64,000 nt of DNA from Trueperaceae bacterium (GTDB taxonomy: Bacteria > Deinococcota > Deinococci > Deinococcales > Trueperaceae), in assembly GCA_965214405.1 (NCBI GenBank), contig OZ243956.1, positions 2,080,001-2,144,000 of the forward strand, given 5' to 3'. Shown piece after piece: positions 41,306 to 51,498 of the stretch. Under the pieces are notes generated by a model. That model was not told the DNA's origin and did no database searches. It saw nothing but the letters and a program-made list of their open reading frames with translations. The stretch's first letter is position 1. Every line of letters begins with the position of its first letter. The translations under genes and the position numbers were made by a program.

Positions 41306-41875
41306 ATGACAAAGGTTTTCGTTTCCTCAACCCACCGCGTGGTGCAGACCTCGCTCGAGCACGCCTTGGCGTCTTTGGGCTACGTCATCGTCGGCGAGGC
41401 GGCGGCCGACGTGGTCTTGCAAGATTTGCGCTATGAGGCGAGCATCCAGACAAAACCTGGGGCCGCGCCGACCGTTGCGCTCACCGTTCGGGAGAGAGAA
41501 TTCAACGTTCGCCTCCTCAAATGGGGCTATAAGGGTTACCTCAAAGCGGACGCGAGCATCGAGGACATGAAAAAGGCGCTCGACGCAGTGGCAAGGGGGG
41601 AAAACTGGGCCTCGCGCGAGGTGGTCGCCCGAGCTTTGGATGAGACGCTGCGGCAGCCTGAATCTTCAATAGACATTCGGGCCTTGGAGCTTACGCCCCG
41701 TGAGCGAGAGGTGGCGGACCTTATTTTGTTAGAGCTATCGAACTTAGAAATCGCCAAAAAACTGGGCGTGTCAGAGAAAACCGTCAAAGGCTATGCCACA
41801 TCTATTTACAGCAAGTTGGGCGTCACCAGCCGCAGAGACCTCATCATCGCCGTGGCGGCCTCTCACGATCCGTAA
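41306..41875 (+). CDS. LuxR/NarL-type regulator with degenerate receiver domain
   Basis: C-terminal HTH LTPREREV..SN.EIA..L.VSEKTVK..IYSKLGV. Confidence 0.88.
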   Translation: MTKVFVSSTHRVVQTSLEHALASLGYVIVGEAAADVVLQDLRYEASIQTKPGAAPTVALTVREREFNVRLLKWGYKGYLKADASIEDMKKALDAVARGENWASREVVARALDETLRQPESSIDIRALELTPREREVADLILLELSNLEIAKKLGVSEKTVKGYATSIYSKLGVTSRRDLIIAVAASHDP

Positions 41876-42459
41876 AAAGACCCCACAAACCCTAAACGAG
41901 CCACCGGTGCGTGGGCGGCGCACCACGTAAAAGCGCGTACGGCTTGGTACCAGTTGCGCCACTAACACAAAGATAACCGCTCACCCACGCGACTTAAGAC
42001 GTCTTCATGGGTGAGGCGCTTTCGGAGATAGGTTGCGTCTGCTCGAGGCGCGCGCGCTGCGTCATCACGCGTTACCGAACTCTGAAACAGCGAGTCTCAA
42101 ATCTCAAAGTCTCGAGACCCTGGTCTTAGGTCAGACCCAAGACCAAGTCTCTTTCTTTTGTGCGAAATTTCATCTACACTTCAAGCTGTTTGTGCTTATC
42201 CGTCTTGTGCTTATCCGTTTACGCCACGCCGTCATCTTTTACGTCATCCAGGGAGGCTAAACACCGCGTCCGCACTTTCTCGAGCTTGAACCTTATTTCA
42301 ACGGTCCATCCAGGCCGGGTCAGCAGTAAGGATGTTGCTTTACGCGCCGAATTTTTGGTTACCAAATCTGTCGCAACCGGCTTTCGCTTACCCAACTTCA
42401 ACCGAACTTTCTTCGTTCATGTTGCGTCCCGCAGCATTGAACACCCTTAGGAGTGCCTT

Positions 42460-43182
42460 TTGTCTTCCCATCCTTTTCCTACCGTAAGCGTGATTATTCC
42501 CGCACTCAACGAGGCCGACAACCTGCCGCACGTTTTGCCCCATATCCCCTCTTGGGTTCATGAGGTCATCCTCGTTGACGACCATTCGACGGACGGCACG
42601 GCGGACGCGGCAAAGAAGTTACTGCCGAGCGTCCGCGTCGTCCTTAACTTGGGCGCGCCCGGCAAAGGCGCGGCGATGCAGCGGGGTTTTGACGCGGCCA
42701 CGGGCGAGATCGTCGTCATCATCGACGCCGACGGCTCCGAACACCCGCGCGAGATAGCCGCGTTCGTCGGCGCGCTCATGTCCGGCGCGGACTACGCCAA
42801 GGGCACGCGGTTTATCCAGGGCGGCGGCACGACCGACATGAGCCTGCACCGCCAGCTCGGCAACGCGGTCTTTGTCGGCATGGTCAGGCTTTTGTTCGGG
42901 GGTCAGTTTTCCGACCTCTGCTACGGCTATAACGCCATGTGGACGCGGGTCCTGCCTCACCTCAAGCTCGACGGGGACGGCTTTGAAATCGAAACGATGA
43001 TGAACATCCGCGCGTTGCAGGCGGGCCTAAAAATCGTGGAAGTGCCGAGCTTCGAAGCGCCGCGCGTCCACGGGGTGGGCCGCCTCCGCACGATTCCGGA
43101 CGGCTGGCGCGTGCTCAAGACGATATTCCGGGAGAAACTCCGCCCGGTCGCCGTGCGCGACTCCGCGCTCATTCAGAGTTAG
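42460..43182 (+). CDS. GT2 glycosyltransferase, polyprenol-phosphate (DPM1-like)
   Basis: IIPALNE, VDDHSTD, GKG, DADGS, DLCYGY and FEIE motifs. Confidence 0.88.
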   Translation: MSSHPFPTVSVIIPALNEADNLPHVLPHIPSWVHEVILVDDHSTDGTADAAKKLLPSVRVVLNLGAPGKGAAMQRGFDAATGEIVVIIDADGSEHPREIAAFVGALMSGADYAKGTRFIQGGGTTDMSLHRQLGNAVFVGMVRLLFGGQFSDLCYGYNAMWTRVLPHLKLDGDGFEIETMMNIRALQAGLKIVEVPSFEAPRVHGVGRLRTIPDGWRVLKTIFREKLRPVAVRDSALIQS

Positions 43183-43251
43183 CGTTAACTCAGAAGCTAA
43201 AAACTAGAACCCGAATGAATTAGAACCCAAAGTCAGACCTCGACTTAGGAG

Positions 43252-44415
43252 TTGATGAAGTTGGATACCGTTGTCTCTCCCTCTCAAGAAGCCAACCAGG
43301 ACGTCAACCGTAAAGGAAGAACGAAGACTGCCGCAACCAGCCCAAACATCGCGCCGCTGAGCGTGGCGGACGCGCTGAGACGCTGGATAGGCGCGGGCGC
43401 GTGCCAGAGTCCCTCGGGGGCCTTTTGCGCGTGGCGCGACACCCAGGCGAACACCTTGGCGTTCGAGTACCCCGAAATCACGGGTTACGCGCTCACCTAT
43501 TTAGCGGGGCGAAAAAATCTGACCGCCAAAGAAGCCGAGGTCGGCAAGAGGGCGGCGGACTGGCTTATCGCCAGGCTGCAAGCGGACAACTACTCGGCGC
43601 ACGACGGCTGGGACAACGGCGCGGTGTATAACTTTGACTTGGCGATGATCGCCAACGGGCTGATGCTGTTTGGCGAGCGCTTAAAGATCAGGCGCTACAC
43701 AAAGTGGGGTATCGGGCTTGTCAACTACTTGCGCGAGCAGATCGACTTTGAAGGAAACCTTCCGGCGGTAAGTCAGAAACATCCCGTTGCGTCTCTTCGC
43801 CCGTCGTCCTGGTCTACGACGGGGCAAGCCCACCTGCTCAAGGCGGCCCAGTGCCTCCTGTTGGCCGAGCACCTGACCCTCCGGCGCGCCGCCGAGACGG
43901 CGGAACTGCTCGTCGAGAACTCGAAGCGCCTTCAGCTTTACAACGGGCGCTTCATCACGCAGCCTGAGGATTCGCTAACGATGCTCCACCCACACCTTTA
44001 CGCGTTGGAGGGGCTGTGGATTTTCGGTACGGCCAGGCGCGACGCCGAGGCCTTGGAGCGCGCCCGGACCGGACTCAGGTGGCTCTGGTCGCACCAGTTG
44101 GAGTCAGGCGGCTTCCCGCGCGCCGTCGCCGTGGCGGGGGGCGCCGAGTCGACCGAGGGGTTCCCCGAGCAGTTCGACGTGACCTCGCAAGCGGTGCGCA
44201 TGGCGCTGGCGCTGGGCCTGAGACTGCCGCGGCTGGACGAGGCCATCGCGCGCCTCCAAGCGATTGCCCATACGGGCGCGTCGGGCACCGCGCTCGTCTA
44301 CCACGTTGACAGCCCGACGCTGCACCAAAACATGTGGGTCACGATGTTCGGGGTGCAGGCGCTCGAGCTGGCCTCGTCTTACACCCCGCTTATGTCCTGG
44401 GAGGAACTGGTCTAG
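43252..44415 (+). CDS. Alpha/alpha-toroid protein (prenyltransferase/squalene-cyclase-repeat-like)
   Basis: YPEITGY, A.DWL, H..LYALEGL, WL..Q..GGFP and DVTSQA.R motifs. Confidence 0.65.
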   Translation: MMKLDTVVSPSQEANQDVNRKGRTKTAATSPNIAPLSVADALRRWIGAGACQSPSGAFCAWRDTQANTLAFEYPEITGYALTYLAGRKNLTAKEAEVGKRAADWLIARLQADNYSAHDGWDNGAVYNFDLAMIANGLMLFGERLKIRRYTKWGIGLVNYLREQIDFEGNLPAVSQKHPVASLRPSSWSTTGQAHLLKAAQCLLLAEHLTLRRAAETAELLVENSKRLQLYNGRFITQPEDSLTMLHPHLYALEGLWIFGTARRDAEALERARTGLRWLWSHQLESGGFPRAVAVAGGAESTEGFPEQFDVTSQAVRMALALGLRLPRLDEAIARLQAIAHTGASGTALVYHVDSPTLHQNMWVTMFGVQALELASSYTPLMSWEELV

Positions 44416-44552
44416 CCTCGTCAAACTCGCTGGCGTTTGGTTTGTGGCAGCTCAACAAGGGGTTGCAACCCCTTGTTCGTAACTTGGTGAGCAAGTTGAG
44501 AAACACAGTGTCGCGCTTTTGCGAAGCGAGTTTGGATCTGGTTCTAACACTC

Positions 44553-45749
44553 ATGGTCAATACTTCCCCCACCCGCCGGGTTTGTGTGGTCGGCTCCGGC
44601 ACCCGCTTTTTGAGCGGTATCTCCTACTACACGCACCGTCTGGCGCACGCGCTCAACGCGCAGCACCCGACCTCGGCCATCCTCATGCGGCAGCTCGTCC
44701 CGACGCGCTTTTATCCGGGCAAGAGCCGCGTCGGCAAAAACTTAGCCCCGCTGGACTACGGCGGCATGGCGGTGTTTGACGGCGTGGACTGGTTCGCGCT
44801 GCCCAGCCTCGCCGGGGCGATCCGGGCGCTGCGCGCGCAGCGCCCGGAGATCGTCGTGTTTCAGTGGTGGACGGGCGCGGTGCTCCACAACTACATCGCG
44901 CTTGCGACCGCCGCCAAACGTTTGGGGGCCAAGGTCGTGCTCGAGTTCCACGAAATCCAAGATGTTGGTGAGAGCACCTTGCCTCTTGCCAGCATGTATG
45001 TGAACACGCTGTCGCCGCTCCTTCTAAAGCAAGTGGACGGATTTATCGTCCACTCCCGCTACGATTTACCCGAAGTGGTCAAGCGCTACCGCGTGTCCGA
45101 GAGCCGCGTCGCCGTGATTCCGCACGGGCCTTATGACCAGTACGACGGGCACAAGTCCAATGCGAACGCAAACGTAGTCGGGTCAGATACCTCGGATTCA
45201 GATATCACCCGTCTCCTGTTTTTCGGCGTGATACGGCCTTACAAGGGGCTCGAGCACCTCATCCGCGCCTTTGATAGTCTCACCGACGACGAGGCTGAAC
45301 GCTTTCACTTAACCGTGGTCGGTGAGACCTGGGAAGACTGGACGCTCCCGGGCGAGCTTATTGCCAAGAGCCGTCACAAGGAGCGCATCACTTTCGTCAA
45401 CCGCTACGTCCCCGACGAGGAGGTCCAAGGTTATTTCAAACACGCCGACGCGGTTGTGCTGCCTTACCTCCGCTCTTCGGCGAGCGGGCCGCTCAATATT
45501 GCGATGAGCTTGGGGTTACCCGTCGTCATCACCGAGGTGGGCGGGCTTACTGAGGCAGTAGAGAACTACGGCGGGGCCGTCACGATTCCGCCGGGCGACG
45601 AAGCCGCGCTGCGCGCCGCGCTGTTTAGGGCGGCGGAGCTTAAGGGCAGCAGATTCGGCGCGCCCCACTCTTGGGAGGAGACGACGAGCCTTTACAGCGC
45701 GCTCTTCAACCGCCTTTTCGACCGCGCCCTCTCCCCCCGTCACGCCTAG
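44553..45749 (+). CDS. GT4 glycosyltransferase
   Basis: FFGVIRPYKG, VLPY..SG and P.V.T.VGGL.E motifs. Confidence 0.88.
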   Translation: MVNTSPTRRVCVVGSGTRFLSGISYYTHRLAHALNAQHPTSAILMRQLVPTRFYPGKSRVGKNLAPLDYGGMAVFDGVDWFALPSLAGAIRALRAQRPEIVVFQWWTGAVLHNYIALATAAKRLGAKVVLEFHEIQDVGESTLPLASMYVNTLSPLLLKQVDGFIVHSRYDLPEVVKRYRVSESRVAVIPHGPYDQYDGHKSNANANVVGSDTSDSDITRLLFFGVIRPYKGLEHLIRAFDSLTDDEAERFHLTVVGETWEDWTLPGELIAKSRHKERITFVNRYVPDEEVQGYFKHADAVVLPYLRSSASGPLNIAMSLGLPVVITEVGGLTEAVENYGGAVTIPPGDEAALRAALFRAAELKGSRFGAPHSWEETTSLYSALFNRLFDRALSPRHA

Positions 45750-45876
45750 TCATCCAGAGTCATCCAGCGCGCTCGCCGTTCGCGCAAGGACCCCGCACCC
45801 CGCGCAAGAACGCGGTTCAGGGTAAAAGATACAGCTAACCATAAGCAATAGAGGTATAAGTAGAGGACCTACTGAC

Positions 45877-47310
45877 ATGTCGAACCCTTCCGCGCCCACA
45901 GTTTCGTCCCAAACTCCGCCCGAGTCCGCGTTTCGTCCCGTTCGCATCCTCGAGCTCGAGCTAAGCCAGCCAATCCCGAATCTAGAACCCGTCAAAATCG
46001 AGGACGCGCGCACGCCCTATGAACGCGCGCTCCTCCTCGTCAGGTTGCACAGTTATCCGCTGGGCATGGTGGAGCTCGAGCTCCCCGGCGGCACCTTGCC
46101 CGCGCCCGCCGTGGCGCGAGCGGTTTGGGATACGCTCGCACCGGAAATCAGGCAGCATCTGGCTGAGGACGGCTTGACCGATATCAGCGCGCTTCCTCTG
46201 GAGGGTCTCACCTCGAAAGGCGAACCTTTGTGCCTGGCAAAACGTCGGGAGTTTTTGGCGTCTGCCCCGTCGTTTAGCGTCATCGTGCCGACGAGGGACC
46301 GCGCGGGGCTGCTGGGGCGCTGCCTCGACTCGATTCTGGATATGGACTATCCTTCAGCACGTTACGAGATTATCGTGGTCGACAACGCGCCCAACACCTC
46401 GGAGACCAAAACGCTGGTCGAGACGTACGCGCGCACCCAACCCGTGCGCTACCTTCGGGAAGACGCGCCCGGCAGCGCGAGCGCCAGAAACTTCGGCCTG
46501 AAGCGCGCGACAGGTGAGCTAGTGGCCTTTACCGATGACGACGTCGTGGTCGATACGCACTGGCTCACCGAGCTGGCGCGGGGCTTCTCCAGGGCCGACA
46601 ACGTGGCGTGCGTGACCGGGCTCGTCGTACCGATGGAACTGGAAACGCAGGCGCAGGAATGGTTCGAGCATTACGGCGGCTTTACCGTGGGCGGCATGAA
46701 GAGGCGCGTGTACGATTTAGAAAACAATAGACCCGAACACGCCCCGCTGTTTCCGTACGCGGCGGGCATCTACGGGACGGGCAACAGCATGGCCTTCAGG
46801 AGAACGGCGCTAAACGACATCGGCGGCTTCGACCCCGCCCTCGGCAACGGCACGCCCGCGCTGGGCGGCGTCGACAGCGAGGTCTTGCTGCGCACCGTGT
46901 TGAGCGGCCTCACGCTGAGCTGTGAGCCCGACGCCGTCGTGTACCACAAGCACCGCCGGGACTACGGCGCGTTAAAGAGGCAAATTTATTACTACGGCGT
47001 GGGGCTGACCGCCTACATGCTCAAAACCGTGCTCGCCAAACCCGCCTCGGCGTTTGACCTGCTCTCCAAGGTGCCCTTAGGTCTCCGCTACGCGCTCGAC
47101 CCGAAGTCCGCAAAGAACAGCAAGAAGCAGGAGAGTTTTCCGGGAGAGCTCTTGTGGCTCGAGCTGCGGGGCATGGCCTACGGCCCCCTCGCCTACGCGC
47201 GCAGCCGCCTCAAGTACGGGCGACACCGCGTGTACCAAACGGGAGACAAAACCCGCAAGTCCCAGGCTAAACAGACTAAGCAAGCGTCGGCTGTGAGAAA
47301 CAAACGTTAA
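45877..47310 (+). CDS. GT2 glycosyltransferase with N-terminal extension
   Basis: VPTRDR, VVDN, ARN.G, FTDDD, G.SMAFRR and GGFD motifs. Confidence 0.88.
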   Translation: MSNPSAPTVSSQTPPESAFRPVRILELELSQPIPNLEPVKIEDARTPYERALLLVRLHSYPLGMVELELPGGTLPAPAVARAVWDTLAPEIRQHLAEDGLTDISALPLEGLTSKGEPLCLAKRREFLASAPSFSVIVPTRDRAGLLGRCLDSILDMDYPSARYEIIVVDNAPNTSETKTLVETYARTQPVRYLREDAPGSASARNFGLKRATGELVAFTDDDVVVDTHWLTELARGFSRADNVACVTGLVVPMELETQAQEWFEHYGGFTVGGMKRRVYDLENNRPEHAPLFPYAAGIYGTGNSMAFRRTALNDIGGFDPALGNGTPALGGVDSEVLLRTVLSGLTLSCEPDAVVYHKHRRDYGALKRQIYYYGVGLTAYMLKTVLAKPASAFDLLSKVPLGLRYALDPKSAKNSKKQESFPGELLWLELRGMAYGPLAYARSRLKYGRHRVYQTGDKTRKSQAKQTKQASAVRNKR

Positions 47311-47315
47311 TTCTT

Positions 47316-49241
47316 ATGAGCTCGAGCGTGTTTTCCCCCACCAAAAAAGACGCCACAGAAAACAGGGCGGAAGGCTTTGCCAACGACGCGGGCGCCAGCT
47401 CTCGTCAAGGCGGTTGGGGCTGGCTGCTGGGTTTGGGGTTAACGACCTCGGTGGGCCTCGTGATGTTGGCCTTTGCCAATCAACTAGCCTGGAGCGGGTC
47501 GCCCTGGTCGCCTCGTCTTTACTGGCTGAGCCTGGGCGTGACGGCCTTTCCCGTTGCGCTGCGCCTGGCGAGCGCCAGCGCGTCGCGCAAAGAGCGCGTG
47601 GGCCTGCTCGTCATGCTCACCGTGGCGCTTTATCTCGTCAAGATTTTTGCCAGCCCGTTGGGGTTTACGCTGCATGACGAATTGGGGCACTGGCGCACCG
47701 CGGACGACGTCGTGCAAACGGGCCATTTTTTTCACGACAACTGGATTGTCAAGTATTATCCGTCTTATCCGGGGCTCGAGACCGTCACCAACGCCCTCGT
47801 GACGCTGGGCGACCTCAGCATCTTTCAGGCGGGCGTCTTCATTATCGGGCTCGCCAGGCTCCTTTTCGTGGGCGCGCTTTTTTTATTTTTCGAGCAGGTG
47901 GGCCGGTCCTCGCGGGTGGCGGGGTTGGCCACTTTACTTTATACCGCCAACCCCAACTTCGTTTATTTTACCGCGCAGTACGCGCACGAATCTTTGGCCT
48001 TGCCCTTGGCCGCTTTTTGTCTGCTGATGCTGGCGCGGCGAAAAAACACGGTTCCCGAGAGGCGCGCGCCCTACAGCGTAGCTTTTGCGCTCGTTTTCGT
48101 GGCGCTCGTCGTGACGCACCACATCACGCCGCTGGCGTTCACGTGCTTTTTAATCTTGTGGGGCGTCACGGCGCGCCTCTCGTGGTGGGCTCAGCGCGAA
48201 CGAACGGACGAGGGTCACCCCTGGCTCGTCGCAATCTTCACGCTCGACGTGATGCTCGCGTGGCTCATCTACGTCAGGTACACGGTGGTTACGTCGCTCA
48301 GCCCCATCCTTAGGGACGTCGTGACGCAGTCTCTCAACTTAATAACGGGCGCAACCGAGAGCAAGACCTTGTTTCAGTCGGGGACGGGCGAGGTTCAGCC
48401 CCTCTTGGAGCGACTGCTGGGTTTCGGGTCGGTGGGGCTGCTCCTGCTCGCGCTGCCCTTTGGCCTGTGGGCGGTGTGGCGCTACTACCGCCACCGGGGC
48501 GAGGCGCTGGCGCTGGCCGGGGTCGCGCTCGTTTATCCGCTGAGTTTGGCCCTGCGGCTCACGCAGGCCGGGACGGAAACCTCGAGCCGGGCCTCGGAGT
48601 TCGTGTTTTTGGGGCTCGTCTTTGTGGTCGCGGTTTTTTTCGTGAGGGTGTGGCCCTTGGGGCCCGCGTGGCGCCAACCGCTACGCAGGTGGGTGGGGCC
48701 TGTGTTCATCGCGGGCTATTTTGCGGTGGTGTTTACCGGCGGCATCATCGTGGGGTGGCCGCCCTACGCACGGACCGTCGGACCTTTTCTCCTGTCGGCC
48801 GATTCTCGCTCGGTGACCGAACAAGGCGTCAGCGCCGCCCTGTGGGCGCGGGAGCACCTTCAACCCTACAGTTTTGTTTTGGCGGACACGACCAACGGGC
48901 TCCTCATGGGCTCCTACGGCAGGCAGAACCCTCAGGCCGGGAGCGTCAACGGCACCTCCGTCTGGAACGTTTTTTTCTCCCGCTCGCTCGGCGACGTTGA
49001 GCGTTCGGTTCTGCAAACGAACAAGGTGAGATACGTGGTGGTCGACGAGAGGCTGAGCGAAAGTTTGCCCTACAACGGGCGTTACTTCGGGCGAGACGAG
49101 CCGGGGGCAAATCGGCACAGAGAGCCTATAAGCAAAGAAGTCCTCGCAAAGTTCAACGATGTTGCGGAGGCCGACCGCGTCTATGACAGCGGAAACATCA
49201 TCATTTACGATTTTCAGAAGCTGCTCGAGGCGGAGAGGTAG
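47316..49241 (+). CDS. Multi-pass membrane protein, probable GT-C fold glycosyltransferase
   Basis: About 13 TM segments; HDE..H in the first outer loop; YP, HE and THH; C-terminal soluble domain ending YDSGN..IY. Confidence 0.65.
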   Translation: MSSSVFSPTKKDATENRAEGFANDAGASSRQGGWGWLLGLGLTTSVGLVMLAFANQLAWSGSPWSPRLYWLSLGVTAFPVALRLASASASRKERVGLLVMLTVALYLVKIFASPLGFTLHDELGHWRTADDVVQTGHFFHDNWIVKYYPSYPGLETVTNALVTLGDLSIFQAGVFIIGLARLLFVGALFLFFEQVGRSSRVAGLATLLYTANPNFVYFTAQYAHESLALPLAAFCLLMLARRKNTVPERRAPYSVAFALVFVALVVTHHITPLAFTCFLILWGVTARLSWWAQRERTDEGHPWLVAIFTLDVMLAWLIYVRYTVVTSLSPILRDVVTQSLNLITGATESKTLFQSGTGEVQPLLERLLGFGSVGLLLLALPFGLWAVWRYYRHRGEALALAGVALVYPLSLALRLTQAGTETSSRASEFVFLGLVFVVAVFFVRVWPLGPAWRQPLRRWVGPVFIAGYFAVVFTGGIIVGWPPYARTVGPFLLSADSRSVTEQGVSAALWAREHLQPYSFVLADTTNGLLMGSYGRQNPQAGSVNGTSVWNVFFSRSLGDVERSVLQTNKVRYVVVDERLSESLPYNGRYFGRDEPGANRHREPISKEVLAKFNDVAEADRVYDSGNIIIYDFQKLLEAER

Positions 49242-49243
49242 TC

Positions 49244-50188
49244 ATGCCCAAAGTAAGTATCATTATCATTAACTATAACTACGCGCGCTATCTACCCGAC
49301 GCGATTGGCAGCGCCCTCGGGCAGTCCTACGCCGACTGTGAAATTGTCGTGGTGGACGATGGGTCAACCGACCATTCGCGTGAGGTTATCGAAAAATACG
49401 GAACCGAGATCGAGGCGATTTTCAAAGAGAACGGGGGCGGCAATTCGGCGCTCAACGCCGGGCTCGAGGCGAGTACCGGGGATATCATCTGCCTCCTCGA
49501 CGCCGACGACGTTTTCGCGCCCAGCAAGGTTAAACAGGTGGTCGAGGTTTTTGAGGCCCATCCCGACATCGGCTCGTGTTTTCATTCTCTCGACATGATG
49601 GATAAGGAGGGTGTCCGCTTCCCCGCTACGCCCCTCCGCCCGAGCGGCGAGCACGACTTTCGCGCGCGCGCGAGGCGTGGGGCGATGCCCGTCGTTGCGT
49701 CGGCAACCTCGGCATTATGTTTTAGGCGAGACCTGTTGGACCGTATGCTGCCGCTGCCCCAGGACAAGCGCCTCCCGTCCATGCCGGATCATTATCTCAA
49801 GTGGGTCGCGTTGGCTTTGGCTCCCACTTTTTTTGACGGTGCCGCCCTGAGCGTTCAGCGGGTTCACGACAGCAACCAATACACGGGCAAAACTAACGAA
49901 AGCTACGTCACAGTCCATACGATTATTATCTCGAGTTGGATGAAGAACAGATTTCCGAAAGTGTTAAGCACGTGGGCTGACCGCGTGTTTGCCGACGGGC
50001 TCGGTCGCTACTGGCGCGCGGGTGAGAAACCGGAGACGCTTCGCCAGACGATACGCGACTACCGCCAGGGTTTATCTCCGGCAAAGTCGGCGCAGGTTAC
50101 CGCCCAGGCGCTGGCGAGCCAGTGGCAGCTCGAGAAACACGCGAAATCCTTTTTGGGTGCTTTCAAAGGTTCGACCAAAGGCACCTGA
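49244..50188 (+). CDS. GT2 glycosyltransferase
   Basis: NYNY, VDDGSTD, NGG and LDADD motifs. Confidence 0.9.
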   Translation: MPKVSIIIINYNYARYLPDAIGSALGQSYADCEIVVVDDGSTDHSREVIEKYGTEIEAIFKENGGGNSALNAGLEASTGDIICLLDADDVFAPSKVKQVVEVFEAHPDIGSCFHSLDMMDKEGVRFPATPLRPSGEHDFRARARRGAMPVVASATSALCFRRDLLDRMLPLPQDKRLPSMPDHYLKWVALALAPTFFDGAALSVQRVHDSNQYTGKTNESYVTVHTIIISSWMKNRFPKVLSTWADRVFADGLGRYWRAGEKPETLRQTIRDYRQGLSPAKSAQVTAQALASQWQLEKHAKSFLGAFKGSTKGT

Positions 50189-51468
50189 TGCGCATCTTTT
50201 TAACCTCCGACTCCTATCCGCCGCTTATCGGCGGCGCAACCAGGGCCACGCAACTGCTCGCGCATGAGCTTGTCAAGCGCGGTCACACGGTCATGGTGGC
50301 GACCGCCTGGCAGAAGAATTTCCCGAGTCGAGAGATGGACGGCGAGGTCGAGGTGGCGCGCCTGCGCGACCTAACGAGTCGGGCGGGCTGGGCCTCGAGC
50401 GACGCCCACCGCCACACCCCGCCGCCCTTTCCCGACCCGGAAGCCACCCCGCGGCTGCGGCGGCTCATCACGCGTTTTCGTCCCGACGTCGTTCACGCCT
50501 ACGGGTGGCTCGCCTATTCGGCGGCGGCGGCGTTGGAAGGCTTGAACGTCCCGATGCTGCTCTCGGCGCGCGACTACGGCAACATCTGCGCGTTGCGGAC
50601 GCTTGTTAAGCACGGTAAGCACGCGGGCGAAAACTGTAGCGGCCCCGCGCCCGCGAAGTGTATGGGGTGCGCGACCTCTTTTTATGGGCGTCCCAAAGGC
50701 GTCACCGCCGTGGCGGGGGTGCTGGGGGGCCGCGCCCTTTTGCGGCGAAGGGTAACGGGGTTACACAGTTGCAGCACCTACGTCGAAACGCTCATGATGC
50801 AAAGTCTGTTTGGCGACGACGCGACGCTGCCCAAAGCCGTCTTGCCGGACTTTCGGGTGGAGGGCTCAGATACTTCAGCCACTCTCGAGCATGAAGTCAC
50901 GGCGCGCTTGCCCAAAGAGCCGTTTATCATGTTCGTGGGGGCGCTGAGGCTTATCAAGGGGATCGTCCCGCTGCTTGACGCTTACGCCCAGCTCGACGCT
51001 CCGCCCCCGCTCGTCCTCATCGGCACGCCCGCGCCCGACACGCCCGCCTCGTTCCCGCCGGGCGTGACGGTCATCCGAAGCGTGCCGCACGCAACGGTCA
51101 TGGCCGCCTGGGAACGCGCGCTGTTCGGGGTGGCCCCTTCTATTCTGGCCGAACCTCTGGGCAACGTGATTCACGAGGCAATGAGCCGGGGGAAAACGGT
51201 CATAGGCACCACGCCGGGTGGGCACAGCGACATTATTCATGACGGGGAGAACGGGCTTTTGGTCCCGTCGGGCGACGTTCCCGCTCTACGAAACGCCATG
51301 AAACGGCTTATTGACGATGAAGCTTTTCGGGAAGCCTTGGGGGGCGCGGCCCTCGAGACCTCGCAACGCTTCACCGCAGAAGCGGTGATGCCGGGTTTCG
51401 AAAGGCTGTACGAACGCGTCGTCGCCGCCCACCTGTCTACCCTGCCGGGGTCTAAGCATGGGGTTTAG
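50188..51468 (+). CDS. GT4 glycosyltransferase
   Basis: YPP..GG, KG and EPLG.VIHEAM motifs; Cys cluster; TGATG overlap with the upstream gene. Confidence 0.88.
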   Translation: MRIFLTSDSYPPLIGGATRATQLLAHELVKRGHTVMVATAWQKNFPSREMDGEVEVARLRDLTSRAGWASSDAHRHTPPPFPDPEATPRLRRLITRFRPDVVHAYGWLAYSAAAALEGLNVPMLLSARDYGNICALRTLVKHGKHAGENCSGPAPAKCMGCATSFYGRPKGVTAVAGVLGGRALLRRRVTGLHSCSTYVETLMMQSLFGDDATLPKAVLPDFRVEGSDTSATLEHEVTARLPKEPFIMFVGALRLIKGIVPLLDAYAQLDAPPPLVLIGTPAPDTPASFPPGVTVIRSVPHATVMAAWERALFGVAPSILAEPLGNVIHEAMSRGKTVIGTTPGGHSDIIHDGENGLLVPSGDVPALRNAMKRLIDDEAFREALGGAALETSQRFTAEAVMPGFERLYERVVAAHLSTLPGSKHGV

Positions 51469-51498
51469 GATGTCGCACCGTCCAGGACGAGTCTTGCC

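Noticed and set aside
44334..44552. Upstream extension of the GT4 ORF (similarly 50122, 15519 and 61589 starts)
   Set aside because: They overlap neighbouring genes; better starts exist downstream
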